DNA of 63,999 nt, the filler included, from Octopus bimaculoides (taxonomy: Eukaryota): assembly GCF_001194135.2 (NCBI RefSeq). It is 5 parts of 5 records of this genome, joined end to end, with 100 filler letters (N's around TTAATTAATTAA, not from the genome) between each part and the next. Parts side by side here need not be neighbours in the genome. Positions count along the whole stretch, not along the records: positions 19,616 to 45,192 come from NC_068995.1; 4 more parts are not named here. One strand, given 5' to 3'. The position numbers were made by a program, and so were the translations under genes. The notes under the pieces were generated by a model that saw only the letters and a program-made list of their open reading frames with translations, searched no databases and was not told the origin of the DNA. Shown here piece by piece: positions 23,462 through 37,178 of the stretch; the first letter of the stretch is position 1, and every line of letters begins with the position of its first letter.

Positions 23462-23977
23462 CACACTGAGATCGATGGATCAAAAAATTGTTGGAACTTA
23501 AGAATAATACCAGCAACTTGATGTAACATTATTGTGTGAAACCGCAAATGAACCATGCATATGGAAGGAGCTCCCCATTTGACATCAATACAAGAGAAGG
23601 AAGTGGTTTATGGATCATTGATGATGGGTTTTCAAATCCAGTATCCATCATGAACTTTCAATTTTGTATCTATTATTGTACTAACTTGCCTAAATCTAAA
23701 TATAGATTCTTTTCTTTGAGATATTGCTCCCAATTCATGTTACTTTGTGAACCCTTGTAACATTATTATAAAAAGACTTATTCTCCATTGTTAGACCACT
23801 GTATTAAAAGTGCCTGTGCCCTAAATGCTACCACTGAAAGGCTCACATACCATCTTCACACTTGCAGATGGAAGAACACCTGTCTTCAATGCTATGTTTC
23901 AATGAAACATTTCTGATGTTTATTTTGGCATAAATCCATGATAATTTTTTTAATAGAACTTCCACATTAGCAAGAAT

Positions 23978-24177
23978 CGTTTCTCTGCAACTAAGCGATC
24001 CCATTTGGGAATGATGGGAGACAATGACACCCGAAGTATGTTCCTTATACCTAATCTACTTCGTAATTTTGTTTTGGTTATTGTCACTGCAAAAAAAACC
24101 CACTTATTTTTTTGCGACCTGGTAGCAAATAATCCACGGACTAGTACCGGTCCGCAGCCAGGTGGTTGGGGACCTCT
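23978..24177 (-). mobile_element. hAT-Charlie/Buster internally deleted element (MER1-like layout)
   Basis: TIR CAGAGGTCCCCAACC joined within ~70 bp to transposase C-terminus GFFAVTITKTKLRSRLGIRNILRVSLSPIIPKWDRLVAEK; flank CTCTAAAA resembles the Charlie NTCTAGAN target. Confidence 0.75.
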
Positions 24178-24249
24178 GCTCTAAAAGACATGAAGATACA
24201 AGAAAATACAATAATATAAGAATTAACATAACACATATTGATTTCATGT

Positions 24250-24443
24250 TTTGGCAATTTTGTGGGGAGGTAGTAAGTTGATTACATCGATCCCAGTGTT
24301 CACTGGTACTTATTTCATCGACCTCGAAAGGATGAAAGGCAAATTCGACTTCGGCGGAATTTGAACTCAAAACGTGAAGACGGACGAAATGCCACTAAGC
24401 ATTTTAGCCGGCATGCTAACGGTTCGGCCACTTTGCTGCCTTC
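24250..24443 (-). mobile_element. SINE type B
   Basis: Reverse match. Confidence 0.88.
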
Positions 24444-24457
24444 TTAGCAAAACACAT

Positions 24458-24633
24458 ATTCCTTTCTACTCTAAGCACAAGGCCCGAAATTTTCTGGGGG
24501 TGGCCAGTCGATTAGATCGACCCCAGTACGCAACTGGTACTTAATTTATCGATCCCGAAAGGATGAAAAGTAAAGTCGACCTTGGCTGAATTTGAACTCA
24601 GAACGTAAAGGCAGACGAAATACCGCTAAGCAT
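24458..24633 (-). mobile_element. SINE type B (head lost in gap)
   Basis: Reverse match, tandem with the previous copy. Confidence 0.88.
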
Positions 24634-25021
24634 NNNNNNNNNNNNNNNNNNNNNNNNNNNNNNNNNNNNNNNNNNNNNNNNNNNNNNNNNNNNNNNNNNN
24701 NNNNNNNNNNNNNNNNNNNNNNNNNNNNNNNNNNNNNNNNNNNNNNNNNNNNNNNNNNNNNNNNNNNNNNNNNNNNNNNNNNNNNNNNNNNNNNNNNNNN
24801 NNNNNNNNNNNNNNNNNNNNNNNNNNNNNNNNNAACTGCTCCCGCCGACACTACACTACAACTTCTGTGCAATGAAACTGCTTTATTTCATTGTTACAGA
24901 TATTCGTGATATTCTACAGTCGCAACAAAAGGTCCGCTGTCCGTTTGTGGCTTTAAGAAATTTGAGTCTTGACTTGCGCTGAACTTGAACTATAGTGAGA
25001 AGGACTGCATCAAACGACTAA

Positions 25022-25059
<38 letters not shown>

Positions 25060-25944
25060 TTTCTCCCTCGTCCGTGCCTTCCTGGGCTAGTGGCAATGCG
25101 GTCGAAACAACTGGGAGTATATCAGAAATACAGTGAGTTTACCAGGGTAGTCTATGTAGCTCACCATGCTATAAACTACGTGTCACCACGCAACGTTGAT
25201 GAATATCGCTTTTCTAGCTATTGATAGCTAGGTTCCTTCTGCACAATTCACCAAAAATACAGTTTTTGCATGCATCTTAAAATGTATATATTCGTAATAT
25301 TGGAAGGTCACTGACGTTCATGAATCCACCTACTGTTTACCAGGTTTATTTTTGCTTTTCATCCTGTGGGATGTCCAAAAATCGCCCTCATCATCACGCA
25401 GGCATAATGAGGGTACCAGTTTAGCCAACTGTGCAACAGATTATACTAGGTTACATATTTCCTGAAGCGTTCTCAAGCGACCTAGCTATGCCCACGTCAC
25501 ATACGCACATTAGACATCCATGCACAGTGTATAATGGGAAAGTATACATGGCTTGCTCCACCATATATTTATTTAAGAGTGGACCCTCTGAAGTTGTTTC
25601 TCTCAGCATAGAATGATTTGCGCCCTCTACTACAAGGAAATGAAACTTCTCTTCAGAGGCAAACTGTGCTGACACACGGCATCTAAGTATAGCTAAATGG
25701 ATTACGCATCCAGCGTTAAATACCTTACTTCAAAGACACTGTGCAACGCCAGCTGTGGTGTTCAATCATACAAAATGGCAACAAATATTCCGCATTTAGT
25801 GAGCACAGTAATTTTAATTAATCAACACTATACTCGTAATGATAAAATTTAATCATTCTTTTAATGTCTAACTCTGATCCAAAAGAAGTAAGCGAAGTAG
25901 CCTACAAACTTGAGTTAATAAAAAATAGATTGCAGTGGGGAATG

Positions 25945-26066
25945 CCTGATATAATAAGTACTAGGCTTATAAAGAATAAGTCCTAGGGTCGATTTTTTCG
26001 ACTAAAGGTTGTGCTCCAGCATGGCCGCAGTCAAATGACTGAAACAAGTAAAAGAGTAAAAGAGTA
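25945..26066 (+). mobile_element. SINE type A 3' tail
   Basis: AATAAGTACTAGGC...GTGCTCCAGCATGGCCGCAGTCAAATGACTGAAACAAGTAAAAGAG. Confidence 0.85.
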
Positions 26067-26820
26067 GTTGGTCACCTAGACCTGAAGAGCTAGGTTTGTT
26101 TAACGAGCCCACAAAACTTGCATGTATGTGTATGTGTGTGTGCGCGCGTGCTTAGATGAAATTCCCCTCACACAGCATTAGTCAACACTAGGCAACACTG
26201 GAGTCGAACACAGAACCAATTATACGATTATGTATATGTTCACGTATTTCTTTGTTAATAAGATTGGAATATTTGACTTAGTTAAATCTCAGGGAAAATT
26301 GCATTCTGTATTGAAACGTTCTTCATATGTTTTTGTCTTCACCTCACTTTGTTTTCTTTTACATTGATATCTTTTTAATGCATTAACATGTAGGGTATTT
26401 TGATTTGATGTCTGTATGCGGTATGCCATCATAGCCACTGTCAACAAGCTGGAGTCACATGATTTCTTACAAAAGACTTAATACTTATTAGCGAGAGATG
26501 GGATCTGTTCACAGCAAGTTACAGTTAGTTACTTTTTCCATCCTGATAGATCAAAAGCAATGTCAGTTTATGAAATTCGAATCCAAATTGTAAAGCAACA
26601 TGGCTTAGAATCGGAAAATATTTTGTTTAGCGTCCACTGACTCCTCAATATTCTGGCTTTATAGCCGTACGTAATAACTGTACTTCACTGATAGTTCACA
26701 ATCATATCACAGTAAAATAAAAAGCTTCTCGTTCGATCACTGACGTTAAAAAGTCAAGTGCTAATAGTGATTGAAAAGGAATGTCCCTTATGAAACATCG
26801 ACTAAACAAGGTGACACATA

Positions 26821-27340
26821 CAGGGCCTCCAAGATAAATTTGACGGTTTTCTGTCTCCTTTTTTCAGGAACATCTTGATGTATTGGTAACAGCCAACGGC
26901 GTTGGCGAGCATAGAGATTAAAGTTGTAGTTGAAACGTTAGATTACATGGAGAACTAGAAGCCATTTGAATATTAGAAAAGATTTACCTGTATCATGATG
27001 ATACGCACCGGGTATCAAATTGCCGACATCATGACTGCTGCTCAGTGCTCTGAAAACACTGTAAAGGATGGAAGATACGACACAAACAACTGCAACGGAA
27101 ACTACGAAGCAGTGGCCAGCATGAAGGGACTCGGCATGCGTTCTGACTTCGTCTGCACGCCTGAATTCATCTCCACATCTTTGAACAGGGCCTTAGGCTC
27201 ACTTCAGATAGCTATTTAAAACTGCTGGAGACTGAAGTTAGTCACTGACTAGAAAAGGTTGCTGCTGGAAGGTCACAAGTGTAACAGCAGAATTCGGCTC
27301 CTTGCCTATGCCATATATCCGGAAAGAGAATTCCTACAGC
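26821..27340 (+). mobile_element. Decayed Tc1/mariner (maT-like) remnant
   Basis: TA|CAGGGC start; EKVAAGRSQV*QQNSAPC resembles the second-D region (QQDSAPCH). Confidence 0.5.
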
Positions 27341-27869
27341 TACACCAATAATCTTCTAGCTTCGTTATTTTGTTTCCTTTTCAAATCTTTTCTGCCATGT
27401 CAGAATTATTAATTGGCATGTTTACTCTTTAAAAGTATGTTATGGCTTCATAATTTCTAACAGTCAATTCTTATGAGGTTTACTATCATTTTCAGGTTCG
27501 GGGTTTTTTCTTAATTTTTCTTTTGTGTTTGTTTTATAAAATAAAGTGTTTCTGCTAAGGACAAAAACATAAGAACGATGGATAACATCAAGAACCAACA
27601 GATATAGTGAAATGATACTTTTATCAAAAATATATTCCGACGGAATAACTAATCTTATAGCTATTTTCAATTGTATATTAAGAAAGGACTGTGTACCTTC
27701 TTCCATTGTTTCAAGTAAGATTTTGTTGAATTTTCAATCAGGAGATTTCTAGTTCAACACTGCAAAATAGCTATCTACTTGTTTCGGTGAGTCAGGTTTG
27801 CGATCCAGACTGCTTATGGATTAACTTTATGAGCCGAGCATGTTTTTTTTTTTCTTTTTTGCAGGCACA

Positions 27870-28372
27870 AGGGGCTAGACAAAACAAGTCCACCGAAAGC
27901 TCATGCTGATTCTCTTTTTCGACAGCAAGAACATCATCTACATTCTGGGTTACGTCTGGCCTGACAGTCAACAAAGAGTACTTTGTGAAGATTTTGAGGA
28001 AGTTTAGGGAGAGATTTCATCGCAAAAGTCCAGAGCACAGGCACTAGTACAATGCACCAGTCCACAATTCCATCCTGGTAACCAACTACTTGATAGAGAT
28101 GATCATCAAAACTGTCTCTCCCTCCCTACAACTCAGACCTAGCTCCCAGTAACTTTTGGTTGTCTCCCAAACTGAAGAAAATGAAAGAAGCTGTGACAAG
28201 GGTCCGAGGCACTTCACTTTGGAGGACTTCAGCGGGGCCTTCACGAAGTGGCTGGAGTGCTACAATTGCATTGAAGTGAGAGGTCCTATTTTGAAGGGGA
28301 TTAGAGTTTTGTACTTCTCTGAAAATATATGTCTCTCTTGAAAATGTCTCAGCACTTCTGGAATGCGCCTTG
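27870..28372 (+). mobile_element. Mariner transposase remnant, 3' half
   Basis: KLMLILFFDSKNII, GLTVNKEYFVKILRKFRERF, PPYNSDLAPSNFWL, FTKWLECY..CIEVRG; ends GAATGCGCCTTG|TA. Confidence 0.8.
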
Positions 28373-28458
28373 TACATACATACATTCGCACACACCTTGG
28401 TGTCACCCTCATAGTCGTGTAAAATTTATTTCTATTCAAATATATTTGTAAATGATTA

Positions 28459-28654
28459 CCGTATTTTAACATGTATAAGGAACCCTCGTGTATAGGGGAA
28501 CCCCCTAATTTTTTTTTTTTTTTTTTGGTGGGGGGTTAAATTTGGTAAAAAGGTATTGTAAGGGGTTATAATATTATCCAAGTATAAGAAACTCCCATAT
28601 TTTTTAAACCTAATTTTTGACAAAAAAGGGTTCCTTATATACGTTAAAATACGG
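28459..28654. mobile_element. MITE, pogo/Tc2-like, TA TSD (196 bp)
   Basis: TA|CCGTATTTTAACATGTATAAGGAACCC ... GGGTTCCTTATATACGTTAAAATACGG|TA. Confidence 0.9.
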
Positions 28655-28789
28655 TAATTTTAAAATCATACACAGACATGACCACTGCTCCTGTCTTTTT
28701 TCATATCTAGGAGTACATTGTGGACTGCAACGACAGCAAGCTGTGATTTAAGGGAATTTGACAGCTATTTCTAGCAGTTTGATTTACTA

Positions 28790-29200
28790 TGCAGAAGCTA
28801 TCTCGTTGTCTCAAGGTAAATTGTACAAGTACATGGTATAGTGTATTATTCTACATGTGTACTCTTTCTGTTTGGCTCTATGTTCTTGATGGCCACAATG
28901 GAAGCCTGACTCAGTTGAACGCAGCAGAGTTGTTCATCATTTGTGGTGTGCACCTCAACATAGAGTTTAAGGTTAATGGGTTTAATTGCTGCTGCTATTT
29001 TGGTATGTATTTTACGTTTTGTCTGAAATGATAAGATTTACTGTTCTTAGGATGGCGTTGTAGTAGTGTTCCGGGTTGCTGTTTGAGGACATTTGTGCAT
29101 GTAGTGGCAGTTATGGGACTCTTCACGTTTAGTGCTTATATATTTTGCGTATTCTTTGTATAGGTTGTCAGTGGATGTGACCTATGTCTGTCTGCCTGCC
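28790..29200 (-). mobile_element. Possible decayed Penelope-like fragment
   Basis: NRKSTHVE*YTIPCTCTIYLET weakly resembles the GIY-YIG start. Confidence 0.35.
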
Positions 29201-29527
29201 TGTCTGTAAATATATGTATGCCATTATTCAGTTTATTTCAAGATTTCCCGCCAACAGAGAAAGAGCCGGGTTTTTTTTATATCTAGATCCAAGGCTCTTT
29301 CATTGAAATTTCAACAGCGTCAACAGGGTATGTATGTATGTATGTATGTATGTATGTATGTATGTATGTATGTGTACGTGCAGATTTGTATGTTTTGTTT
29401 TATGTATGTATTTTCATGCATATAGTTGCATATCTATACATGCTCCATATGTATGTATGTCTGTGTGTCTGTGTGTCTGTGTGTCTGTGTCTGTGTGTAC
29501 ACATAAAATTACGGAAGTGAAATTTAT

Positions 29528-29945
29528 AGGCATAGGAATGGCTGTGTAGTAAGTAACTTGCTTACCAACTACATAGTTCCGGGTTCAGTCCCACTGCGTG
29601 GCACCTTGGGCAAGTGTCTTCTACTATAGCCTCGGGCCGACCAAAGCCTTGTGAGTGGATTTGGTAGACGGAAACTGAAAGAAGCCCGTCGTATATATGT
29701 CTATATATATATATATATATATATGTGTGTATATGTTTGTGTGTCTGTGTTTGTCCCCCCAGCATCGCTTGACAACCGATGCTGGTGTGTTTACGTCCCC
29801 GTAACTTAGCGGTTCGGCCAAAGAGAACGATAGAATAAGTACTAGGCTTACAAAGAATAAGTCCTGGGGTCGATTAGCTCGACTAAAGGCGGTGCTCCAG
29901 CATTGCCATAGTCAAATGACTGAAACAAATAAAAGAGTAAAAGAG
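29528..29945 (+). mobile_element. SINE type A, full length, young-looking
   Basis: Near-identical to 7923-8345. Confidence 0.93.
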
Positions 29946-30641
29946 AAACAGAACTATTTGTTGATTAAGCCCTAAAAAAAAGAAAGACACATCACTATTC
30001 AAAATAACCATATTGGCATATGATATTTCCAAATCGTAACAGAAATTAAACTAACAAAATTTGATAAGATTAATATTGAATGTCGTTTAACAATTTTTTT
30101 AATCCTAACAACTCGTTTTTTTTTTTTTTTTTTTTTTTTTTTTGGAGTTTTTTTTTTTTTTTCCTTAACTAAGAGTTTTAGGTATTTTTACAGAGCTTTA
30201 ATTAACAAATAATTCTCCAAATTTGCACTTCTCTAAAGAATGTATATCGGCAACTGAAAGACAATATCAACAAAAGAACTTGTTTTTTTAAACTATATCT
30301 TACAAATGAAACAAAAACTTGTTTGTTTCTTCTTTTGCTTTTTCTCTGTTTTATTTCTGCTGTTAATTATTTAGTACTTGCGAAAACAGGAAATGATAAT
30401 TTCTTCATTTGGCATTAAGATCCAAGTAAAATAATGTCAATACCAATGACTACAACAGTACACTTTGTTACTTGAGGTTCAGAATAAAACACGCTGAATT
30501 TCACGTGGACGCGCGAACAAACACGCACCCGAACACACACGCACGCACACCCAAACACACATGGACGCGCGCGCGACATACACACGCGCCTACAGAAGCA
30601 CACACATGCACATACACGCACACGCACGCTCAAACACGCGT

Positions 30642-30674
<33 letters not shown>

Positions 30675-31356
30675 ATGAAAATTTAATTTCGAAGCAATTT
30701 TTCTTTATTTTTGTCTGTTTCTTTGTATTTGCGCGTCATTTATTCAAGGGTAAACGTTTTGGATAAAACATACTGAATTTATATGAAGGACTCATTCATC
30801 CAAGAAATATACCGCGCGCATCTTTACTCGTCAAGAGTATATTATAGTCTTTGACATCGGCTAAGAAAGAGTCAGTGGACTTATTGTGTAATTTGGCGGA
30901 AAGAACTATCTTTTAAATCGGCGAAGTTATCGGGAAGCAAAGGCAAAGCATTTTCTGAAAGACACCAGTGTTTCTAATAAAAGCAAAATAGAATTGAAGT
31001 TATGCTGTTATGTCGATTCACCAGAAATAATGATGATCCAAATTATTTCAACCATAAATGATTAACTTGCGGTGAACCTATTAGTTTCCGGGTGTTTTTA
31101 AAACTTGATTAGAATGTGGACTATTAGGATAGGATTTAAATGTCACTATATTAACCAATAAAGTTTTGAACTTGTGCTGTTTTCCATCTATTTCATTTCT
31201 CTCTCAAAATATATGTATTAAAAGCATTTTGGACGACTTTTCTCAGACTTTCTCAGCACATAAGTGTTCTATTATTAATTCAACTATTATTAATTCAGCT
31301 ATTAATTCGAACTAAATTAGAGTGCCTCAGAATAAAGTCGCCTATCAGTAACATGT

Positions 31357-31434
<78 letters not shown>

Positions 31435-32146
31435 ATATGTATATGTATGTATGTATGTATGTAGGTATTCCGGGTGTACATTATTTTTACTTTCAACTCT
31501 GAACTTGCATTCAAATAGTAACACAGGATGATACATAACAATCATTAACTCAAGATGTAAATCAATGTATCCGAGTTAACTTAAGAATCTTAATCAAAGA
31601 ATTGTGTTGACGTGAATTACTCATAATATATTGAATTAGTGAGTTTCCGAGCACATCTTTTATTAAGTGTAGTGGTTTGTTCTAATGTAGACCAGCTGGT
31701 ATTTATTTACAGCTCTACGTTTCTTCCAATCTACAAAGTGAATACGCTGATGAACCACAACTAAATACACCTTAAAATATTTGGCTACAAATAAGGAACG
31801 GATTATGTGAGAAATGACATTGACATTCTGCTGGCACTTCATTCTGCTGGCGCTCTATTGTTTTAGTTGAAAAACCAAAACTTTCGAATACGGTCATTTT
31901 CTCATTCTTAAATTCATATAAAATACCATATATTGCTTGCATTCACTTGTATTCATAGTAGTTTTTTGTTCAGTTTGTTTTTGCTTATTTTACTTCACCT
32001 TTGATTTCTCTTATTTAACAACACACAGATACACAAACGAATATATCCTCATGCACACTCTGTTATTTCCATTATCTCTTCTCTGCTCCCATTCTCATCC
32101 AGTTTTAACCGATGTTTCTTCCTGTTCACAGCAAATTAGTAAATTT

Positions 32147-32848
32147 GGATCTTTTTTAAAACGGGGGCCACATTTTTCATTAACGAAACACTTTGAAACT
32201 TGGAACACTGGTAGAATGTGTCATATAAAACATCTTTTTCTCTTAGTCTTCTTAAAAAAAAAGAAATCCCTAAGTTATTCCATGTTAAATTTGTCGTATT
32301 TCTGTAATTTCAACCAATCACTGATGTCCATTCAGCCGATATACATTAAATGCCGACTACATAAACAAACGATTCTGAAACAATTCTATTGGTGATAGGG
32401 TTAGGGTTAGGGTTAGGGTAAAACAGCAAATTTAAAAAGAAAAAAGCAAATAAANNNNNNNNNNNNNNNNNNNNNNNNNNNNNNNNNNNNNNNNNNNNNN
32501 NNNNNNNNNNNNNNNNNNNNNNNNNNNNNNNNNNNNNNNNNNNNNNNNNNNNNNNNNNNNNNNNNNNNNNNNNNNNNNNNNNNNNNNNNNNNNNNNNNNN
32601 NNNNNNNAAAACGAAGCTATGGCTTAATCAGCCAAAGGAGTAAATATAAACAACTGAATACTTGTCAGTGATTGGTTGAAATTATCGAAATAAGACAATT
32701 TTTTACATGAAATAAATTCGAATACAAAAATATTTTTCTGTTCTATAACACAAAATAGATAAGTATACGAAGTTTGAAAGTCTTTCGGTACCAAAAACAC
32801 TACGTAAAACATTAATGAAAAATGTGGCCCCCGTTTTAAAAAAGATCT
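32147..32848. mobile_element. TIR element (702 bp) with 8 bp TSD and internal TTAGGG repeats
   Basis: TIR (G/A)GATCTTTTTTAAAACGGGGGCCACATTTTTCATTAA; TSD GTAAATTT at 32139-32146 and 32849-32856; second inverted block 32306-32324 / 32665-32683; (TTAGGG)3-4 at 32396-32418. Confidence 0.85.
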
Positions 32849-34845
32849 GTAAATTTTTTTTTTTTTTTTTTTTTTTTCAATATTTTCTATGGTACTCAAA
32901 GCCATTCTCTTTCTCATCTTTTTAATAGTATTTATCTGTATTTCTGTTCCTTTGAGCACACGCTGCTTTCATAGTAAAGCAGTGGCCAGGATATGGTGGG
33001 TAATACCAGCAATCCAACTTCCGTTTCCAGAAACGATTTCTTTTCAATCTACTTAGATCGTTAATTTCGTTGCAAACACTAAAAAAACATCCTCTTGTTC
33101 CAATTCTAAACGGGAACATTATTATTGAAATGATAGACTTGAAGTTAACAGGGAGGACTTTAATAAAAGTTTTCACTTGAAAAAAGACTTTCATTGTAAC
33201 AAGGTTAATTTGTAAGCAGTATTGTCGGACTGAGTATTAGTTCTTGAGATTGAAGCATGAAGTGTTGAGTCAATCTCAACACATCTCTTTGAAAAAATCT
33301 GGTAATTAAAAAATGGTAAAAACTAACGGTTGCAACAGTTACTACTGATCTGTCTTAACTCTTGTTTTGTTATCCGCGAAATACGTACTCCAGCTAAATT
33401 GTCCGTAACAAATTACTTTTTGTTGTGTCTTTTATTCCTGACAAAACATTGCCTTAATAGTGAAGATACTTTTACCCGCTTGATAAAATATATTTCTCGT
33501 TGAGGACAATAGCTGCAACTGGACTGTGTGATGTTTACGTCATTCTCAAAGATATTGAATATGTAAGTGAAATAGATTTCATACAAGTTAATCCATAAGC
33601 AGTCTGGAGCATTTCATAAGTTTCTGTAGCGTTTTTGACCAGTTTAACATAAAACTTTATTGTATAACGAACTTCCAATTTGTCTTCCCGTCCTGACTAC
33701 ATTCAGTAAAAGGATCAGCTGAGACAAGAAGCGTTTAATAGGGTGTGTTCAAAGTGTTGTTACAGCCATTTCATTCAATCTAGAACAACAAAAGTCGCCA
33801 GATCAGCTTATTTGGTGTATAATAATGCTTTACTAAAATTACAATAAGTTATAACTGCCTCTCTTAAAAAAGTCTCAAAACGTCTTCTGGAATGCATTCC
33901 GCACGTAGTATGAATGCGTGGATGTGTGTGTGTGTNNNNNNNNNNNNNNNNNNNNNNNNNNNNNNNNNNNNNNNNNNNNNNNNNNNNNNNNNNNNNNNNN
34001 NNNNNNNNNNNNNNNNNNNNNNNNNNNNNNNNNNNNNNNNNNNNNNNNNNNNNNNNNNNNNNNNNNNNNNNNNNNNNNNNNNNNNNNNNNNNNNNNNNNN
34101 NNNNNNNNNNNNNNNNNNNNNNNNNNNNNNNNNNNNNNNNNNNNNNNNNNNNNNNNNNNNNNNNNNNNNNNNNNNNNNNNNNNNNNNNNNNNNNNNNNNN
34201 NNNNNNNNNNNNNNNNNNNNNNNNNNNNNNNNNNNNNNNNNNNNNNNNNNNNNNNNNNNNNNNNNNNNNNNNNNNNNNNNNNNNNNNNNNNNNNNNNNNN
34301 NNNNNNNNNNNNNNNNNNNNNNNNNNNNNNNNNNNNNNNNNNNNNNNNNNNNNNNNNNNNNNNNNNNNNNNNNNNNNNNNNNNNNNNNNNNNNNNNNNNN
34401 NNNNNNNNNNNNNNNNNNNNNNNNNNNNNNNNNNNNNNNNNNNNNNNNNNNNNNNNNNNNNNNNNNNNNNNNNNNNNNNNNNNNNNNNNNNNNNNNNNNN
34501 NNNNNNNNNNNNNNNNNNNNNNNNNNNNNNNNNNNNNNNNNNNNNNNNNNNNNNNNNNNNNNNNNNNNNNNNNNNNNNNNNNNNNNNNNNNNNNNNNNNN
34601 NNNNNNNNNNNNNNNNNNNNNNNNNNNNNNNNNNNNNNNNNNNNNNNNNNNNNNNNNNNNNNNNNNNNNNNNNNNNNGTACATACTTGTATATGTGTGTG
34701 GACGTGCTCATATGCTTTTGCGTGCATGTCTGTATTTATGCGAGCGTGCGCATGTGTGCATGGGCGCGCACGACCCCACCTCCCCACCATACACACAGAT
34801 ACATACAGAAACTAATATGGGCGCGCGCACGTACACACAATTATG

Positions 34846-34891
<46 letters not shown>

Positions 34892-35454
34892 CATGCACAA
34901 GCACATACATGCACAAGCACATACATACACACACACACTCGTGCGTATTCATTTATATGTACATATGTATATATGTATGTAAGCACTTGATGGTCTTCTG
35001 CCCACCACAACAAAGAGGAGAGAAAAGATGTCTTGCCTGCCTATCAATTTCACATCCAAAACAATATCAACAACAATTAAGAGAAAGCCTGCAACATCAG
35101 GAATCACTACAGCTGCAACAGCAGCATCAAAAAGCGAATCAATTGATGAAGTAACAACAGCAACAACAAAACAGCAATGAAATCTACACCAAAAAATCAA
35201 AGGACAGCAACAGACATCTCCAAAACCGTATCAAAACTTTCACCAAAACAAATCTCAGCAAGCTCTCATCACTAACCACAGAAAATCGCAAACGCAAATA
35301 TACACATAGTCACACACTCATCATCCCTCTGAACTATTACAGACCTACTTGATCCAGGAATCCCGCTAACCAGTGAAGCTGATGCCAAAAGCAAAAGTCT
35401 GCAACAAAAATAACGATAAGGGGTAAGAGACCGATGAAGTGTTGACATAAATAA

Positions 35455-36390
35455 AAATGCACTTGAGAGAGCCTTAACGAATGCTGGTGTTCCACTAAAT
35501 AAATTTATCAGCGTTGCAACATATGGTGGGTGAAAATGCAGGATTAATTGCACTTATGAAAAGTGATCCTAGCTTTCCAGAGTTTCATTGTATTATTTAT
35601 TGTGACACCTGGTAGCCCGATACTTCAAGTACGAAGATGTTATGAAATCTGTCCTTGAATTTGTGAATTTCATATACTTAAATGTAAAAACTCAATGACA
35701 GTTCAGAAATTTTATTGAAGAACTGAAGCTTGAGGATAAACTCAACTTTTTATTGTATTGTGAGGTGACTACCGACCAGTAATATCTTGAGTAAGTTTGT
35801 GGTTCTATTATTGCTTTTCTTGAAGAAAAGAAATATCTTATCCTCAACTGGGATATATCCTCCCAGTCTCGGAATAAACGACCACAAACTGAAAGTATAC
35901 AAGTACAAATATAGATCTACTTGATAATTTCCTAACCAGATTTGATGTCTCGCAGAAGATAAGGCCCTGCTTCATCTCCCTTGTATATCTATTTATGGCT
36001 GATGTGGTCAATGATGGTTGTCCAATTCTCGAACATCTAATTACCGAACCATCTTCTGTGAGAATGGAACAAATAGAATTACAGGAAGACTTGGGCCTAA
36101 AGATGATCCATAAATCCCAGTCTGCAATTGCGTTCTGGAAACATGTTCCAAGAATAAAATATCCTGAACGAAAGAAAACTCGTGCCCAACTCATCCCAAT
36201 TATCAGCACAACATACTGCTATGAATCACTATATTTTGTAATGGAATTTGTGAAATCGCTGCATCGTGCAAACCTTACAAACCATTTCCTGATGGAGCTA
36301 GTTCGTACAGCTTTGACAATATGTCAGCCGGTTTTCAACTACTTACAACCAAGATGGAAATCCACAAGACATCTACAAGCATAACTAGCA
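35455..36390 (+). pseudogene. hAT (SPIN/Charlie-like) transposase, catalytic and dimerisation half, degraded
   Basis: KFISVAT..VGENAGLIALMK, YFKYEDVMKSVLEFVNFI, IELQEDLGLK..FWKHV..KYPE..STTYCYESL..KSLHRANLT. Confidence 0.85.
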
Positions 36391-37178
36391 GCTTTAATAG
36401 CCTGATGTGTGTTGTTTTGTGTGTGTTGTCATAAAAACATTATGATAAGACTAACATTGCATATAGGGTCTGATTTAAATATCTCTAATTTTATTTGGTT
36501 CGTTTTTTCACATATTTTCTTCCATGCTTTGACCTAGTAAGATAAATAAATATTTAAAATATACTTTTTTCCCTTTTTACTTTTATTGTTGGCAGTCTAA
36601 TTTTATTATACTGAAATGCAAATACGCATATTTTTCTTAAATGTTTCTGAAATTTATTACTGTATTAAATACGCTAAAACTTTTGATGTATAAACTGAAA
36701 CAAATACGATTTAACAGTTTTCAACAATGCATTCATAGATAAATATTATTGCATACATACAAAATGTATACATGTAACAATTAAAACATATAGTATTTTA
36801 CTACTATCAGTCATTGGACTACGGTGATGTTGGGGCACAGACTTGAAGATATTTAGTCAACCATATCAAACCCCAGTACTTATTTTTTCAAGTCTGATGC
36901 TTATGTTATGTTATTGATCTAAGTTGCGGGACATAAATACAGACACATACATAAATGTAAACACAGAGTAAATTTTGTTCGTCTTGTGATTCTCAAACAT
37001 CTGAACTTTATCGGATGTGGCTCTCACTTAGCAAATATGACCACTCCAATGATTGTTGGCACCCCTAGGGTACGCTGTTGGGTTTCGAAATACTTATAAT
37101 TCTGTTATGTCTCAAGCTACTGCTATCTAGCACCTTCAGATGATCTCTACTCAACCGCTACTCCACAGTCACTCAACT

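Noticed and set aside
25451-25675. 74 aa minus-strand ORF in complex sequence
   Set aside because: No recognisable motif or clear splice signals; the length is compatible with chance or a decayed TE.
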